NCBI RefSeq assembly: GCF_009834535.1
Contig: NC_045732.1
Location: 17,360,001 to 17,424,000 of the forward strand
Direction of reading: 5' to 3'
DNA: 64,000 nucleotides
Origin: Camelus ferus
Lineage: Eukaryota
The translations under genes were made by a program, and so were the position numbers. Positions 1 through 12,350 of this stretch are shown piece by piece. The first letter of the stretch is position 1. Every line of letters begins with the position of its first letter. The notes under the pieces are model-generated. The model was not told the origin of the DNA. It saw nothing but the letters and a program-made list of their open reading frames with translations, and did no database searches.

Positions 1-1690
1 AAAAGAGAGGGCTGAGAATTGGCCAGCATAAACAAAAGTTGGCAGGGGACATCAGTGAGTAAATAACCCATCTATTCAATAACATTGGTTAGAGTTATCC
101 CTATGGAAAGAAATGAACTTGTGTCCCAGTTTTATATCATCAACAAAATCAATGACAGATGGATAAAAGACTCAAAGGCAAACAGGAAACAAAATCATAA
201 AGAAAATATAAGAGAAAGATGTTACAATCTCTGAATGGGGAGGATTTTGTTTTTAAAAAAGACAACAAATTCACAAGCAAAGGAAATACATGTTAAATTT
301 AAGTATGGTATGATTAAGAATTTCTGCTTAATAACTAGATCATAAAATAAGAAGACAAGCCACAATAGGGAGACAACATCTGTAGTCTGGCAATATGTCT
401 GACAAAGGACTGATATCCAGAATATTGTTAAAATACCACAAATTAATGAAAAAAGAAAACAAGCAGGCATTTCCAAAGGAAAGCTACGTGAATGAAAATT
501 TCCCTGATCCCATTAATAATCTGAGGATGCTGATTAAAGATACAATGAGATGGCATTTTATGCCTATCAGATAAACACAAATGAAAATGTCTGACAAAGA
601 TGATTATTGCCAGAATGTAGAGAACCAAGCACTTCTTGAACTACTGGTGAATATATACACTGATACAGCCACTTTGGAAAACAACTTGGCATGACCCTTT
701 ATTTTTTCTAACTGAAGTGTAGTCAGTTACAAGATGTCAATTTCTGGTGTACAGCATAATGTTTCTGTCATACACATACATACATATATTCATTTTCATA
801 TTTTTTCATTATAGTTTACTTTAAGATATTGAATATAGTTCCCTGTACTATACAGTAGAAAAATTTAAATCTATTTTATATACAGTAGTTAATATTTGCA
901 AATCTCAAACTCCCAATTTATCCCTTCCCACCCTTTTCCTCTCAGTAACCATAAGTTTGTTTACTATGTCTATGAGTCTGTTTCTGTTTTGTAGATGAGT
1001 TCATTAGTGGGCATGACCTTGTAAAGTAAAAATATGTGTGCTCTTCTTACCTAGCACTTTGACCCCCAGGCATGTACTCTAAAGAGACTCTTTCTTATCT
1101 GACCCTAGAAACATGTGAAAAATACTGAGTATTTGTAATAGCAGGAAAACAGAAACAACACCATTACCATAGACTGTAGAATGGATGAAAAAGCTATAAT
1201 GTATTAATACACTGAAGCACAGCACAAAAGAAGAACTAATCTGTGCTTCCATTAAATAAAGTATGTTAGTATATTAATAAGGGCAGGGAAATTGAAATAC
1301 AGCTATATGCATGAATAGTGAGTGAGTGTTAAACATAATACTGAGTAAAAAAGCAGGTCACCAAAGAATGCACACACTAAAATTCTACATATCTTCTCCA
1401 AAAACATGCTAAGTGAAACAAAATTTTGTTTAAGAATGGATAAAAAATTTGGAAAAAACATACCTCTAAAACCCCAAGGGAATGATGAACACAAAGTTTA
1501 GGATTGTAGTTACCTCTGGGGGTGGGATGGGGTACAAAGGGATCAGACAGGGGCATTTAGGGCACTTCAGAGGTTTGGGTCATATTCTCTTTCTTTACAA
1601 GGGTTGGAGGGTATATGGATTAATTTATTATTATTTAAACTGTATATATTCTATACTGTTTTATGTCTATGATATATTTACTAAAAATAT
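1..1690 (+). mobile_element. Old, decayed L1 (ORF2 3' part and 3' UTR), interrupted by a younger L1 tail
   Basis: A-rich sequence with L1-like phrases (gacaaaggactgatatccagaata; gatacagccactttggaaaac) and a 3' UTR-like tail to about 1690. Confidence 0.75.
697..1009 (-). mobile_element. 5'-truncated young L1 3' end with TSD
   Basis: Reverse-strand L1 3' terminus, flanked by the direct repeat ggcatgacc at 688-696 and 1010-1018. Confidence 0.85.
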
Positions 1691-1721
1691 AGTACCCATG
1701 AGTGGAATAGTTCTTCTAGAA

Positions 1722-1902
1722 CTGCGCTTTCCAATATGGTAGTTCCTAGACACGTGTGGCTATTTAAAATCAAAATACTTAAAATGAAATAAGATTAAAC
1801 ATTCAATTCCTCAGCCATCAAGCCACATTTCAAATGCTTAATGACCTGTGCATGTGGCTGCTAGCTACTATATTGGAAAGGGCAGATTATTGGGAAGCAC
1901 TG
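1722..1902. mobile_element. hAT-Charlie MITE (MER3/MER33-like)
   Basis: Imperfect TIRs (ctgcgctttccaata / tattgggaagcactg). 8-bp TSD ttctagaa at 1714-1721 and 1903-1910 fits the Charlie NTCTAGAN target. Confidence 0.8.
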
Positions 1903-1985
1903 TTCTAGAATATTCTTGTCTCTTTAGAGTGAGACGCTGCTTTTATCCACTTTTTATAAAATCAAGCAATTCATTGGCTTTCTGC

Positions 1986-2012
<27 letters not shown>
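1986..2012 (+). repeat. Poly(A)27 run
   Basis: 27 consecutive A. Confidence 0.95.
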
Positions 2013-2016
<4 letters not shown>

Positions 2017-5000
2017 CCATAATTCTTTCAATGACAGCAGTAGGAGATGAAGCAAAGATTTACTTCCTACAGATTTTGTTGCTCTTCTGGATGGAAGAAA
2101 ATGTCATTAACAAATTAGTCAGACTTCATATTTCAGTTCACTTAACTCGTCAAATGCCAGCATGAGCCTGATTATTCTTCTGCTTCAGGAAGTCAAAGGA
2201 TGTCTCCATGCAGCTTCTTGTGCCAACAGGGTTTTGAGTAGAATTTAATCTGGCAAAAAATTTCATTTTGTGAAGGATTTCAAAGTTATATATCCTTCAG
2301 GGTAGAATTCAAACATGGCCAGCGGTCTTCTAGAATGAGATCCATAGGTACCACAGAGAAAGATCTCTTCCTTCTCCCCATCTACTTTCTAGGTCCTCCC
2401 CAACAGCAAGTGTTGCCAATCTAAGTGGCTCAGATTTGAATACTGTAGTGTGTATATGACCCTCTGTGTCAGAGGGTCAAATATACGGGTATATTTCTCT
2501 GTTTCTCTTGCCTCTTTGGAGCAGAATCCAGCCTGGTGCTCTGGCTTCCTTTCCTTCTGTTCTATCTCACATACACTTGGCTGTTCTAAACCCTGGCCTT
2601 ATATTCCTAATACAGTTTCCGTAAGTGTGGTAAAGTTTGAAAGTGGGCTTTGGAATTAGAGAAGGGACAGCTCTCGCTCTGCTGCTTGTGCGTAAGCCAT
2701 GGATTCCTGTCCAGTTGCCTAGGAAGCTCTGCACTGGAGTTTCAGGCACAGGCTCACTGAAAAGAAATGAAGCCTTTCTTCCCTTGCCATTGTCCACTGT
2801 GGGCACAGTGACCTTGGGGACTTCAAGGAGAAGACAGGGGATGAACCAAGATAAGATTCAGGTGGTGCTTTATCCTTTGCTCAAAATTCCATTTAATGGG
2901 CCTTGAAGCCTCATCGTCACCCCCAGATATCCCAGTTGTGGATTTGTGATTCAGAGCTGAATGGGGAGTTAGAGAAGTTGCAGTTATGAGCCTGCTGTTA
3001 GCTGTAGCACTGCTCTGCAAGGAGCCAACATCCCTCTTTAAATAGGTGTTTCCCTCAGCTTATAGGTGATCATCATCCCATCAACACCAGAGAGGGTGTG
3101 GTAGGAGGCATCAAGTTACCTTCTGTCCTAGCTCACAGCTTTTCGGGACATGCCTATCCATCCTGGCAATGTTCCATCTCAAAGCCATGAATATTTGCAT
3201 GGTCTACAGTCCTGACCCCCTGAAGATAAAAATCGTCTTTAAAAACCATTTTAGCAGCTAAATCTACTTCTAATGAAGACTTATTTAATCTGATTGCTCT
3301 ACTAACACAATCTGTTTACCCAAAAGCAACAAGTGCCCCTAAATTCATCACAGATGTTCAAAGCAGTAACAAGAGTTATCACAAAATAATTTCCCATTTA
3401 CCAACCAAAGTAATTGTAATTCCAGATTCAGCAAAGCTTTCTGCTTCTTTCTGTTTTACTAATAAGTCCAGGTTTGTTTTCCCCCCAGTTATTTATTTTT
3501 TGTATTTATTCATTCATTTATTTACTAGCATTAATTGTCTAAGTCACTGGCTTCAAATCTGTGCCTTGCACACACTGAGGAACTCTAAGTGCTATGCAAA
3601 AGGACCTTTAATCCCTGTGCTCATCAAGTATTGGCTGCATAATGAATAAAAATAGATCTTCCTATATATGGACTGCTACTATCAAATGTCTTCAGTGTTG
3701 TGATTAATCAAATAAAAATCATTTAAAATTGTTCTTTGACAGTATAGTCATTTTTTGTCCTAGTACAAATATTTTCTCAATCAACCAATACTAGAAACAT
3801 AGGTAAAATTATATGATGATTTGGAAAATTTTCTGATGGTATGAAGGGGTCCTCAAACTCTTAAGGATTAGGAAACTGGTCTAAGACATGCCAAGTTGGC
3901 TCCTCTCCCATCGTGAATTAATGTCTGCAAATGGGCTTTCCAAATCCTTGAGCAACAGAGTCACTGCTGATCACTGACTACGTTAGAATATTGCTGGAAC
4001 AGAACCTGGGACAGATGTCTGGGATGTTAACAAAGGAAAATGAACGCAACCCTCTCACAACCAAAGAAAAAACCCTCTTGCTGATATAAAGTGATTGTTG
4101 CCTTCCTCTTTCTGAAAAATCCTTTAACGCCACAATTTCTTTCCAAAGGTAAGGAATTAATAACACCTAGAGGGAACATGGTGAGAAGTTAAGGCATCCC
4201 AGGTACCTAGCCATTCAGTCTCTCACCCAAGCATTCCCTGGTCCTGCTTTTGACTTCCCTGGGTGCTCCTGGATAAAGGCAGTGCCCAGTTAACCCATCG
4301 GTCAGCACCCTCACCTTTCGGACAATCTTCTGCCTCTTTCTCAGGCTATTCATCTGCGTGGGATTCAAGCTATAGGAAGATGAGGAGTTAGCTACGATTC
4401 CTCCAAAGGCCACACATACAATGTACCAAATATCTCTGCAGTGCTGGTTAAATCATCAACATCTCTTCTTCTCCAATAGCAGCAAATGAAGTCTAGGTGG
4501 GGCAGAGGGGGGACTAAACCCGTGATGCACCTGGGCTCCAGTCCCAAGCTCAAGCGAGAAGACGTGATGACTAATTCACTTCTAATGAATGTTTTCATAG
4601 AGAAATTATTTGGAAACACAGTTAAAAGTATTATATGATATGCAGCTTTTGCTTCACGTTTGAACAGCAGGGACAGACAATTCGCCCCTCCCCCCCAAAA
4701 TCTATTCCTTCTGGATAATAATCTCTTTTAGCTCAGTTCTATGTCTACACTTTACACGTCAGATTTCAGTTCAGCTTGCAAAATGCGTGTTTTTTGGTAA
4801 TAACCGGGAGTTGGGAGGGTGAATCAGAATCTTTGTGGCTGGATGAAACAAAGAAACAATGCAAGTCCTGTGCCCCTGATGCTACATCAGTAGGATCAGC
4901 TTCCTGTGGAAGGAAACATCCCCTGGTAAGGGGTAGGAGGATTGCAGAGGAGTGGAAGCAGAATACAGAGGGAAGGAAGAAAACTCCATCGCCTTCTATT

Positions 5001-5481
5001 GCCTCCATGGGTTTTGGTGGACATTTCATAAGGCAAGCTTATCACACTTCCAAATTGGTATAATGATGGCCAGCTTCAGCATGAAGCGCACACTCTGCAC
5101 ATAATAAGTACCCAATAAATATTTATTAACAGCATCTGACCAACTTGAGACCAATTTAGAAGACTGCTTCTGTCTTTTTTTTTTTTTTTTTGCCAGCTTC
5201 CCAGTTCACCTTCCCTTGATTTCAGCTCTCAGAATTCCTTTAAGTAGGCTCAAGACTGAGATGATAGTCAAAATTACAACAAAACTTACTCACTCTCCCC
5301 TGGTAAATACTCAGAAAATAATTTCTTTCCTGAGGGAAATACACCACAAATAGCTTTGCCTCTTTTCCCGCATGTTTTCTATATGTTATTTTTTTTAAAC
5401 ATTAATTGTAAGGAAAAAAATTTTTTTTAAATTTACTTTATTGTGTGCATTGCCTCTAAAATCATTCAAAAGTAGGGTTGT

Positions 5482-5626
5482 ATTTAATGAAAAAGAATAT
5501 GAAAATGAATATATGCGTGTGTATGCATGACTGGGACATTGTGCTGTACACCAGAAACTGACACATTGTAACTGACTGTACTTCAATAAAAAAATAAAAA
5601 AATAAAGAATTCTAACAATAAAAAAA
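5482..5626 (+). mobile_element. Very short L1 3' tail
   Basis: L1 terminus (aatgaaaaagaatatgaaaatgaatatatg...gtaactgactgtacttcaataaaaaa) with A-rich tail. Direct repeat agggttgt at 5474-5481 and 5627-5634. Confidence 0.75.
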
Positions 5627-5889
5627 AGGGTTGTCTCTTCACATACACTTCACAATAATATTTTACCACTGTAATTGTGAAAGGAGGGCCACACTCTCTC
5701 CTGTAAGCTGGCAGTTTTGTGCACTGCTATTATGAAGTCATTCTAGTTCTTTTTCTTGAGTTTCAGGAAATCCGGTACTAAAAGAGTAATAAATAACCCT
5801 CAGTAGAAATTTGATAATATTAAGAGAGGCATCTCATTTCCTCTTTCCAACTTTTAAATTCAGCCTTGTGGTAAGTCTAAATGACTAAG

Positions 5890-6068
5890 CAGTGGTTCTT
5901 GAGCTTCAGAATGCATAAGAACCCCTTGGAAAACTTGTTAAGATACAGATTCCTGTGCCCACCACCAGAGATCTGACTCCAAAGGGGCTGCCTGAACACT
6001 GGGATTTCTAACAGGCTCCCAGGCGAAGCTGACGCTGCTGACCTGCAGAGCACACTTTGAACAGCACC
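5890..6068. mobile_element. MER5A-like hAT-Charlie element
   Basis: Starts cagtggttctt, contains cttgttaagatacagattcctg and ends cacactttgaacagcac, resembling the MER5A consensus. Confidence 0.75.
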
Positions 6069-6789
6069 ATCCTCGTGGCCTGGATGAGTTAATGCAGCCA
6101 TTCAAAGAATCTGACATCCTCCAAGAGGATTAGTGTGGGCTCATGTAATCCTGCCTAATAAGTAAGAATGGACGTCAATACTTGGACGCCTTAAGACTTA
6201 AGCTTTGACTATCCCAGAAATAGTATGTTTTGAGACCAGCTCCAGTTTGACAAATGTACTGTCACCATCATGGCCCATGTCTACCAATTCTGTGGTTAAG
6301 GCAGCCTAACTGAGAAGTATGTGTACTTCAGGGGAAAGCCTGTTTCCCTACCTTGAGAACTACTGGGTCAAATCAAACTTGAGGTCATTCCAGTAGAACT
6401 GTGAAAAGGGAGAGAGCATCCAACGAGATCCAGTTGCTTTCTAAGACAGCACTTTAAAATACCATAACCTAAGGGGAATGGGTGAACTGGTCTCCTGGGG
6501 GAGTAAAATGGGGGTGACAGAAAAGTGTGGGGTGTATTTTCAATTAACTCATGCAAGTCCTTTCACCCACTTGAATTTTGTAGGAGCTTATCCTACAGAA
6601 CAGCAGGCTCTCAACCAACTGGGAGACATGATTCAAAAGACGAAAGGTGTCCTTGAGTGTCGCTGAGATGCGTTTATATCGTCTCGAGTCCTCATGCTGT
6701 TAATGCTCCATTTATTTGCTGTGCTATGTGTGCCACCAACAGAAAGCACATTCTCTGAGGAATATAATAAATTAAATTCAAAAGATATT

Positions 6790-6879
6790 GGGGGGAGGGT
6801 ATGGCTCAGTGGTAGACTGCATGCTTAGTACGCATGAGGTCCTGAGTTTAATCCAGTGCTTCCATTAAAAAATTAAATA
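6790..6879 (+). mobile_element. tRNA-Ala-derived monomer SINE (camelid vic-1-like)
   Basis: gggggagggtatggctcagtggtagactgcatgcttagtacgcatgaggtcctgagtttaatcc with A/B-box-like motifs and an A-rich tail. TSD aaagatatt / aaagatact at 6781-6789 and 6880-6888. Confidence 0.85.
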
Positions 6880-6949
6880 AAAGATACTGAGAACTTCTGG
6901 ATCTGGTTGAGATGGCATAAGCACCGTTCACCCTATTCTCCCACCAATT

Positions 6950-8330
6950 ACAACTAAAAAACCCTGGACAAAATACATAAAGTAACTATCTGAGAATGGC
7001 TAGTAAACACATGAAAGCATGTTCAACGTCATTAGTCTCTAGGGAGATGTACATTAAAAACACAATAAAAAATCACTACACAACTATCAGAATGGCTTAT
7101 AAAATAATCTGATGGCAACTCAAAACGGGGCAGTCATTCCAGAAAACAACTTCGGAATTTCTTAGAAAGGTCAAGAAAACCCCAAATAAAGCAACATTTA
7201 GTGATTATCCTAGAGAAATGAAACTTACATTCACATACAAACCTGTATGTGAAGGTTTATAGAAGGTTTAAAGTGAAAAAAAGTCTTTGAATAGACAAAT
7301 GAATGAATTGTGATTCAAAGAATGGAATGTTACTCAGTAATAAAAAGTATATGTAAACAACATAAATGAATCTCAAATACGTTGTGCTAAAGAAACCAAT
7401 TGAGAAGAGGTTATACATAATTCCATTTATTTTTAAAAAAAAAGCAAAAAAGCAAAACCAGAGAGAGTGATCAGTGGCTTGTCAGGAAAAAGTGTAGGTG
7501 AGGGGTTGACTATAAAAGGGGCAGCCTGAGGGAATGGGGGGGGGGATTTTGTTGTTTAATCCTGATTGTGCTGGTGGTTATTGATCTCTACACATTTGTC
7601 AAGACTCGCAGAACTTTACACCAAAAGTGCACTTTACTGTATGTAAATTAAAAATATATTAAATAAAAAACAGTATCTACTAAGGCTTAAACATATGCAT
7701 ATTCCAGGACCCAGCCATTCTACTTTTTGGTTTATATCCAACAGAAATGTACACATTTGTAGTAATACTATTCACCACAGTCCAAATCTAAAAATGACCT
7801 ACATGTCCATCAACAATGGGATGGATAAATAAAATATGGTATGTTAATCCAATGAAATATACATGGGAATTAATGAGCTCAACTACACATAATAATATGG
7901 TCTATTCTCACAAACACGTTGAATTTTAAGAAGCCAAATATTAAAGTGTGCATACTGCATGATTCATTTACATGGTCGCTCCCTCACTCTGTCTAAGGAC
8001 CAACCATGCTGCAGGCTTGTGGCTGCACTGTCATTTGCGAGGCCCAGGACCACATCTCACCCCCTTCTCTGAACCCCAAGACAAAACCCACTTCACATAA
8101 CCAGGCCTATGTGGATCCACGCTCAGAGAATCGTGGCTGAAAGAGGAAACAAAGGTCCTGTGGGGGTATTGGTAATGCTCTATTTTTTTTCCTTTGGTAA
8201 CACTGTATTTTGGATCTGGGTGCTGTTGATACAGTTGTGTTCAGCGTGCGAAAATTGATCAATCTGTGACCTTTTGATTAGTATGCTTTAACTATGTTAT
8301 ACTTCAATATAATGTGAATATACATAGATT
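6950..8330 (+). mobile_element. Cluster of old L1 3' fragments; the last is interrupted at 7973-8134 by a non-L1 insert
   Basis: L1 3' UTR phrases (gtccatcaacaatgggatggataaataaaatatggt; gatctgggtgctgttgatacagttgtgttc; atgttatacttcaata). Confidence 0.7.
7973..8134 (+). repeat. Copy A of a 162-bp inverted duplication
   Basis: Reverse complement of 11414-11575 with 3 mismatches (manual alignment). Confidence 0.95.
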
Positions 8331-9539
8331 TTTGTAGGAAGATGTTCCACAGCTTTAATCAGTTTTGCGAATTTTTCCTGCCGCAACAATAAATGTAACT
8401 ACTGAATTGGAGAACAAAGAGTAGATCTTCGAGGACATTAGGATGATGGGTTGACAACAACTTTTTTTCTGGATTTTCCTAAATGGAGTGAGTCAGAGTC
8501 TTGTTCTTTTCAAAGAAGTTGGTGATCATATGACATTCCCTGGCTATATTTATAGGAAAGCTTGTTCTGTGTTTTCCCAGGACTGCAGGGTTTCCCAGGA
8601 CTAGGGACTTTGACTGCTAAAGCTGGGAAAACCCTGGGCAAAGCAGAATGAGGTGGAAGAGACTTCAGTTCTGCTTTTTTTAGAAAAAAAAAAATCTTCA
8701 AAGTCCCATGTCACTGGGGTTATGGGGCTTTGGGAATCACCCGGACGAGTTTTTTTAAGAAACAGAGTGGAATTTCCAGCAGTTCCTGTGCTGGAAGAAA
8801 ACGAATGTGGGTCAGGGCAGCATCTAGAAATTCCCCGGTGTTCTGAGGATGAGGGCCGCCATAGCACCGGGCCTTTAATCAACCTTCCGTGTGACTCCTC
8901 CTTTCATCTCCCACGCTAAGTGCAGGGACTTGGTTTCCTGGGTCATTTCAGCTAGCTGCAATTCAGCGGCGGTTTCAGGACAAGTGATTAAATCAATGTA
9001 TTTCAGCGTCCTCACCGGTGGATCAAATTTAGCCAAGGCAACTCCCCGCACAATGAGTTCCCTACTGCCCAGAGATGGGGTACAAATGGCCCAGGAGCCC
9101 TTGAGGGTTTTCAGTGGGGTATTTTCTTTCTCTAGGATTCTGGGGGTTTGATGTTTTTCTCTTAAAACAGGTAAACACTGCTTAAAAATATTCTATGTAA
9201 GACAATCAAAATTTGTCTCCTTCAGAAAGGACCAAGACTTGCTCCCTTTATTTATTTATTTTTTAAATAGGCGGTTTCTTTACCTTATTTAATAATCATG
9301 TTTTTTGTACTTATGATTAACAAATGACCTCAGCATGGAATGGAGGAACAGACAAAGTGGCCAGATTCTCTAAACACTGGAGAAAATAAGAATGCAGGCG
9401 AGTGGAAAATGTTTTACTTTTTAATGTGGTTTTCAATCTCCTCCAAAGGAATACATCTACATGTAGATTTTATTAGGTGATATAGGGTCCTACTCTAGCC
9501 TCTAGAAAAGCTGCCATGATTGGTATGAGAGCTAGAAAA

Positions 9540-9880
9540 AGGGCAGAGACAGAATATAATCGATAACAAGCTTACTGAGCACTGAAAACTTATGAAATTT
9601 CTGACTCTATATAGCTATCCGACCGTGTATATTTCCATGTCTATAACTATGTTATCCTCACACATATATACACATATAAAGTTATATGTGTATATATTTA
9701 TTATACATATATATATCCTTATTTAATCTTCTCAACAACCTTTGAGTATATTATGATCTGTTTTATATATAGTAATCTACGATTGAAAGAAATGAGGTAA
9801 TTTGTCTTAAACATGCACAGAAAACAGCCAAGAAAGGGTTTGAATTCAGTTCTCCTTGATGTCTGGGGATTTATGACCCA
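9540..9880 (-). mobile_element. MIR SINE remnant with an internal TA-rich expansion
   Basis: tttaatcttctcaacaacctttgag...gaggtaatttgtcttaaacatgcacag...gggtttgaattcag resembles the reverse complement of MIR. Confidence 0.6.
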
Positions 9881-11413
9881 TGTAAGCCTGGGAAATAAAA
9901 CAATCCTTTTTACAAAGGAGGACTTGAGCTGGGGGGGTTCCAAGATAATTTTGTTTCAGATCATCCAAGAGAACTATGAAAAACAATTAAAGGGCGGAAG
10001 TTTGTGAGCCTTTATGCTTGCAGCTGTAGACGTAAGGAAAAGTTCTGTTTGTGCGGGCAGAAGAAATAAACCAGCACCTGTGAAATGCAAGGTCTGCACG
10101 GGGTAATGGAGAGGGGAAAAAAGTAGGTGCTCAGATTACAGCGGGAGGAGAGGGGCTTGAACCCTAGGTAAGGCATGTTGGCTCAGGTGACCAAAAATTC
10201 CACCTTGGCATTAAGAGAGGTGACTGAAACCTAAATGACGCCATTTTATATTCTATTCACGGCACTATACGCCTTTATCCTGAGTTTCTACTCTTTGAAG
10301 TGACAGACGTCTCTAAGATTAGCCAAATTAGTGCTAAATCCCACCTATGTGGATTGACGTCAGACATCATAACTCACATTTTTGGGAACACTTTGATATG
10401 TTTTTCCTCAGTTTTCAATCCATTTATCACCATTTTCCATCCTTGAGATAACTATAAATTCCTTCAGAAATAAGGCAAGCAGAGAGTCTGATAATACTGT
10501 ATTTGCCTTAGAATCTTGGAAATCAGCAACTTAAGTGATCCTGCTTTCCAACATTATCTTCGTGCTAGCACCAAATTATTATAAATCCAACATATTTCCC
10601 AAGTGCATTTATTCTGAACGATTCAAACTGTTTTCTGGATTCTTTATTAATCCTCACAATATGTGCTGGAGGGACCCGCCATCAAATGTCAGGCCCATTT
10701 TACAGATGGAGGATTTGAGCAGCTTAATCAAAGATGTGTCAGTTGCATCCTCAAAGGAGGGCAGATCCAGCCCAGCCGTGACCGTGGACCTGCTGGTTCC
10801 GGGCTGTTGCTCTCTTTATTATGGAACGTGGCTTCTACGGGTTTCACTCTGTGCTGGTCTTCGGCTGGTTACTAGGCAACTTGAGCTAGCACAGCCTGGC
10901 TGGTTTAAAATACCAGAGCATCAAAGTCCTATAAAAACGAGGCAAAATCTTCTCATTGCACACATGTTAAATTTAGTTGAGTACAATGCCATTCCAGTGA
11001 GGATCGGCCAGGAAAAACAAAAAGCTTTGAGGGGCAACCAAACACTGTGCCTCTGACGGTTGGGTTCATTTTAGGCTGCTAATTATTATGGGTGTCCTAG
11101 CACACAGAAGAGGAAAAATAAAGTACGGCTGCTTGCTCTAACGAGCTTCGAGCCCAGGGCAGTCAAATAAATACTTGTACCACATGGAAAGATGATGTAG
11201 AGGGGATGATGAGGGGTCAAGGTGAAAGAGAGAAATCATCTGATAACTAAGGAGACTTGATCTTGGCTTCTCTGAGCTTGCTTGGTGATTTCAAAACAGG
11301 GAAGCAAAAAGGTGCAGACAAAGGGAGCAGAACCCCAGCTATTTATTTCTAAAGCATTAAAAGGAATTCCTCATTAGAGTAAGAGGCAGGAAGCGAGCCC
11401 TGTGGAGTCCTTT

Positions 11414-11575
11414 ACGATTCTCTGAGCGTGGATCCACATAGGCCTGGTTATGTGAAGTGGGTTTTGTCTTGGGGCTCAGAGAAGGGGGTGAGATGTGGTC
11501 CTGGGCCTCGCAAATGACAGCGCAGCCACAGGCCTGCAGCATGGTTGGTCCTTAGACAGAGTGAGGGAGCGACCA
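11414..11575 (-). repeat. Copy B (probable donor) of the 162-bp inverted duplication
   Basis: Reverse complement of 7973-8134, embedded in sequence with no recognisable repeat junction. Confidence 0.95.
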
Positions 11576-12148
11576 GCTGAGCCTACAGCTTCCCAGGGGC
11601 CCCACATACTTGTACATTGCTGGGAGTGTGTTCACTGCCATCTGTTTAATAAGGGGGCATTTTGACCAGACCCAGAAAGTAAAAAGTTCACATTTTCTTG
11701 GTTTTTAAATATGTGGCTACTACTACTAACAATTCTGTGGGACAATCGACCCGAGATGTACTTCACACCCCGCCCCCATCAACCTCACAGCCAGAAGGAA
11801 GAACTCTGTCAAAGTGTGTCCCTTAAAAACCCCCTGATGCCATGTGGTTCTGTCCAGGGAGGCGCTCTGACTCTGCAGTATCATCCTGAATAGGCCAGCC
11901 AGTAGGAGGGATTACAGGTAAAGCACCTGCCGTCACAACTCAACCCTAATGTCAACACTAGCCAATAACTTATATTCTCTCAAGAGATACTGCAGTTTCC
12001 ATTTCTTCAGCATTCAAGCTAATGCAATAAGCCTTAAAAAGTAAAGAAGTTATGTAAATATTGGAAGGGAGTCATATTATCCTGATTTGCAAATGATACA
12101 ATGGTTTCCTAGAAAAACGTTCAGGCACAATTAAAAACAAATTATTGG

Positions 12149-12350
12149 NNNNNNNNNNNNNNNNNNNNNNNNNNNNNNNNNNNNNNNNNNNNNNNNNNNN
12201 NNNNNNNNNNNNNNNNNNNNNNNNNNNNNNNNNNNNNNNNNNNNNNNNNNNNNNNNNNNNNNNNNNNNNNNNNNNNNNNNNNNNNNNNNNNNNNNNNNNN
12301 NNNNNNNNNNNNNNNNNNNNNNNNNNNNNNNNNNNNNNNNNNNNNNNNNN
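12149..12350. other. N gap (202 N)
   Basis: Run of N between an old L1 ORF2 remnant and a younger L1 3' end. Confidence 0.98.

Noticed and set aside
4207-4619. Possible retrocopy (ORFs 4207-4413 and 4392-4619) and a split RE1-like motif at 4301-4325
   Set aside because: No recognisable protein, poly(A) or TSD. The RE1 halves are imperfect and 10 nt apart.
6790-6879. Functional tRNA-Ala gene (also 54245-54329)
   Set aside because: Altered 5' end and acceptor stem, an A-rich tail and (for this copy) a TSD indicate SINE retroposition.
10535-11056. Longest ORF in the track (173 aa)
   Set aside because: Non-ATG (GTG) start, runs through a MIR-like segment, no recognisable domain; consistent with chance.
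8135-11413. Inversion of the segment between the inverted 162-bp copies
   Set aside because: The L1 tail interrupted by copy A resumes in the same orientation after 8134, so this assembly shows an insertion rather than an inversion.
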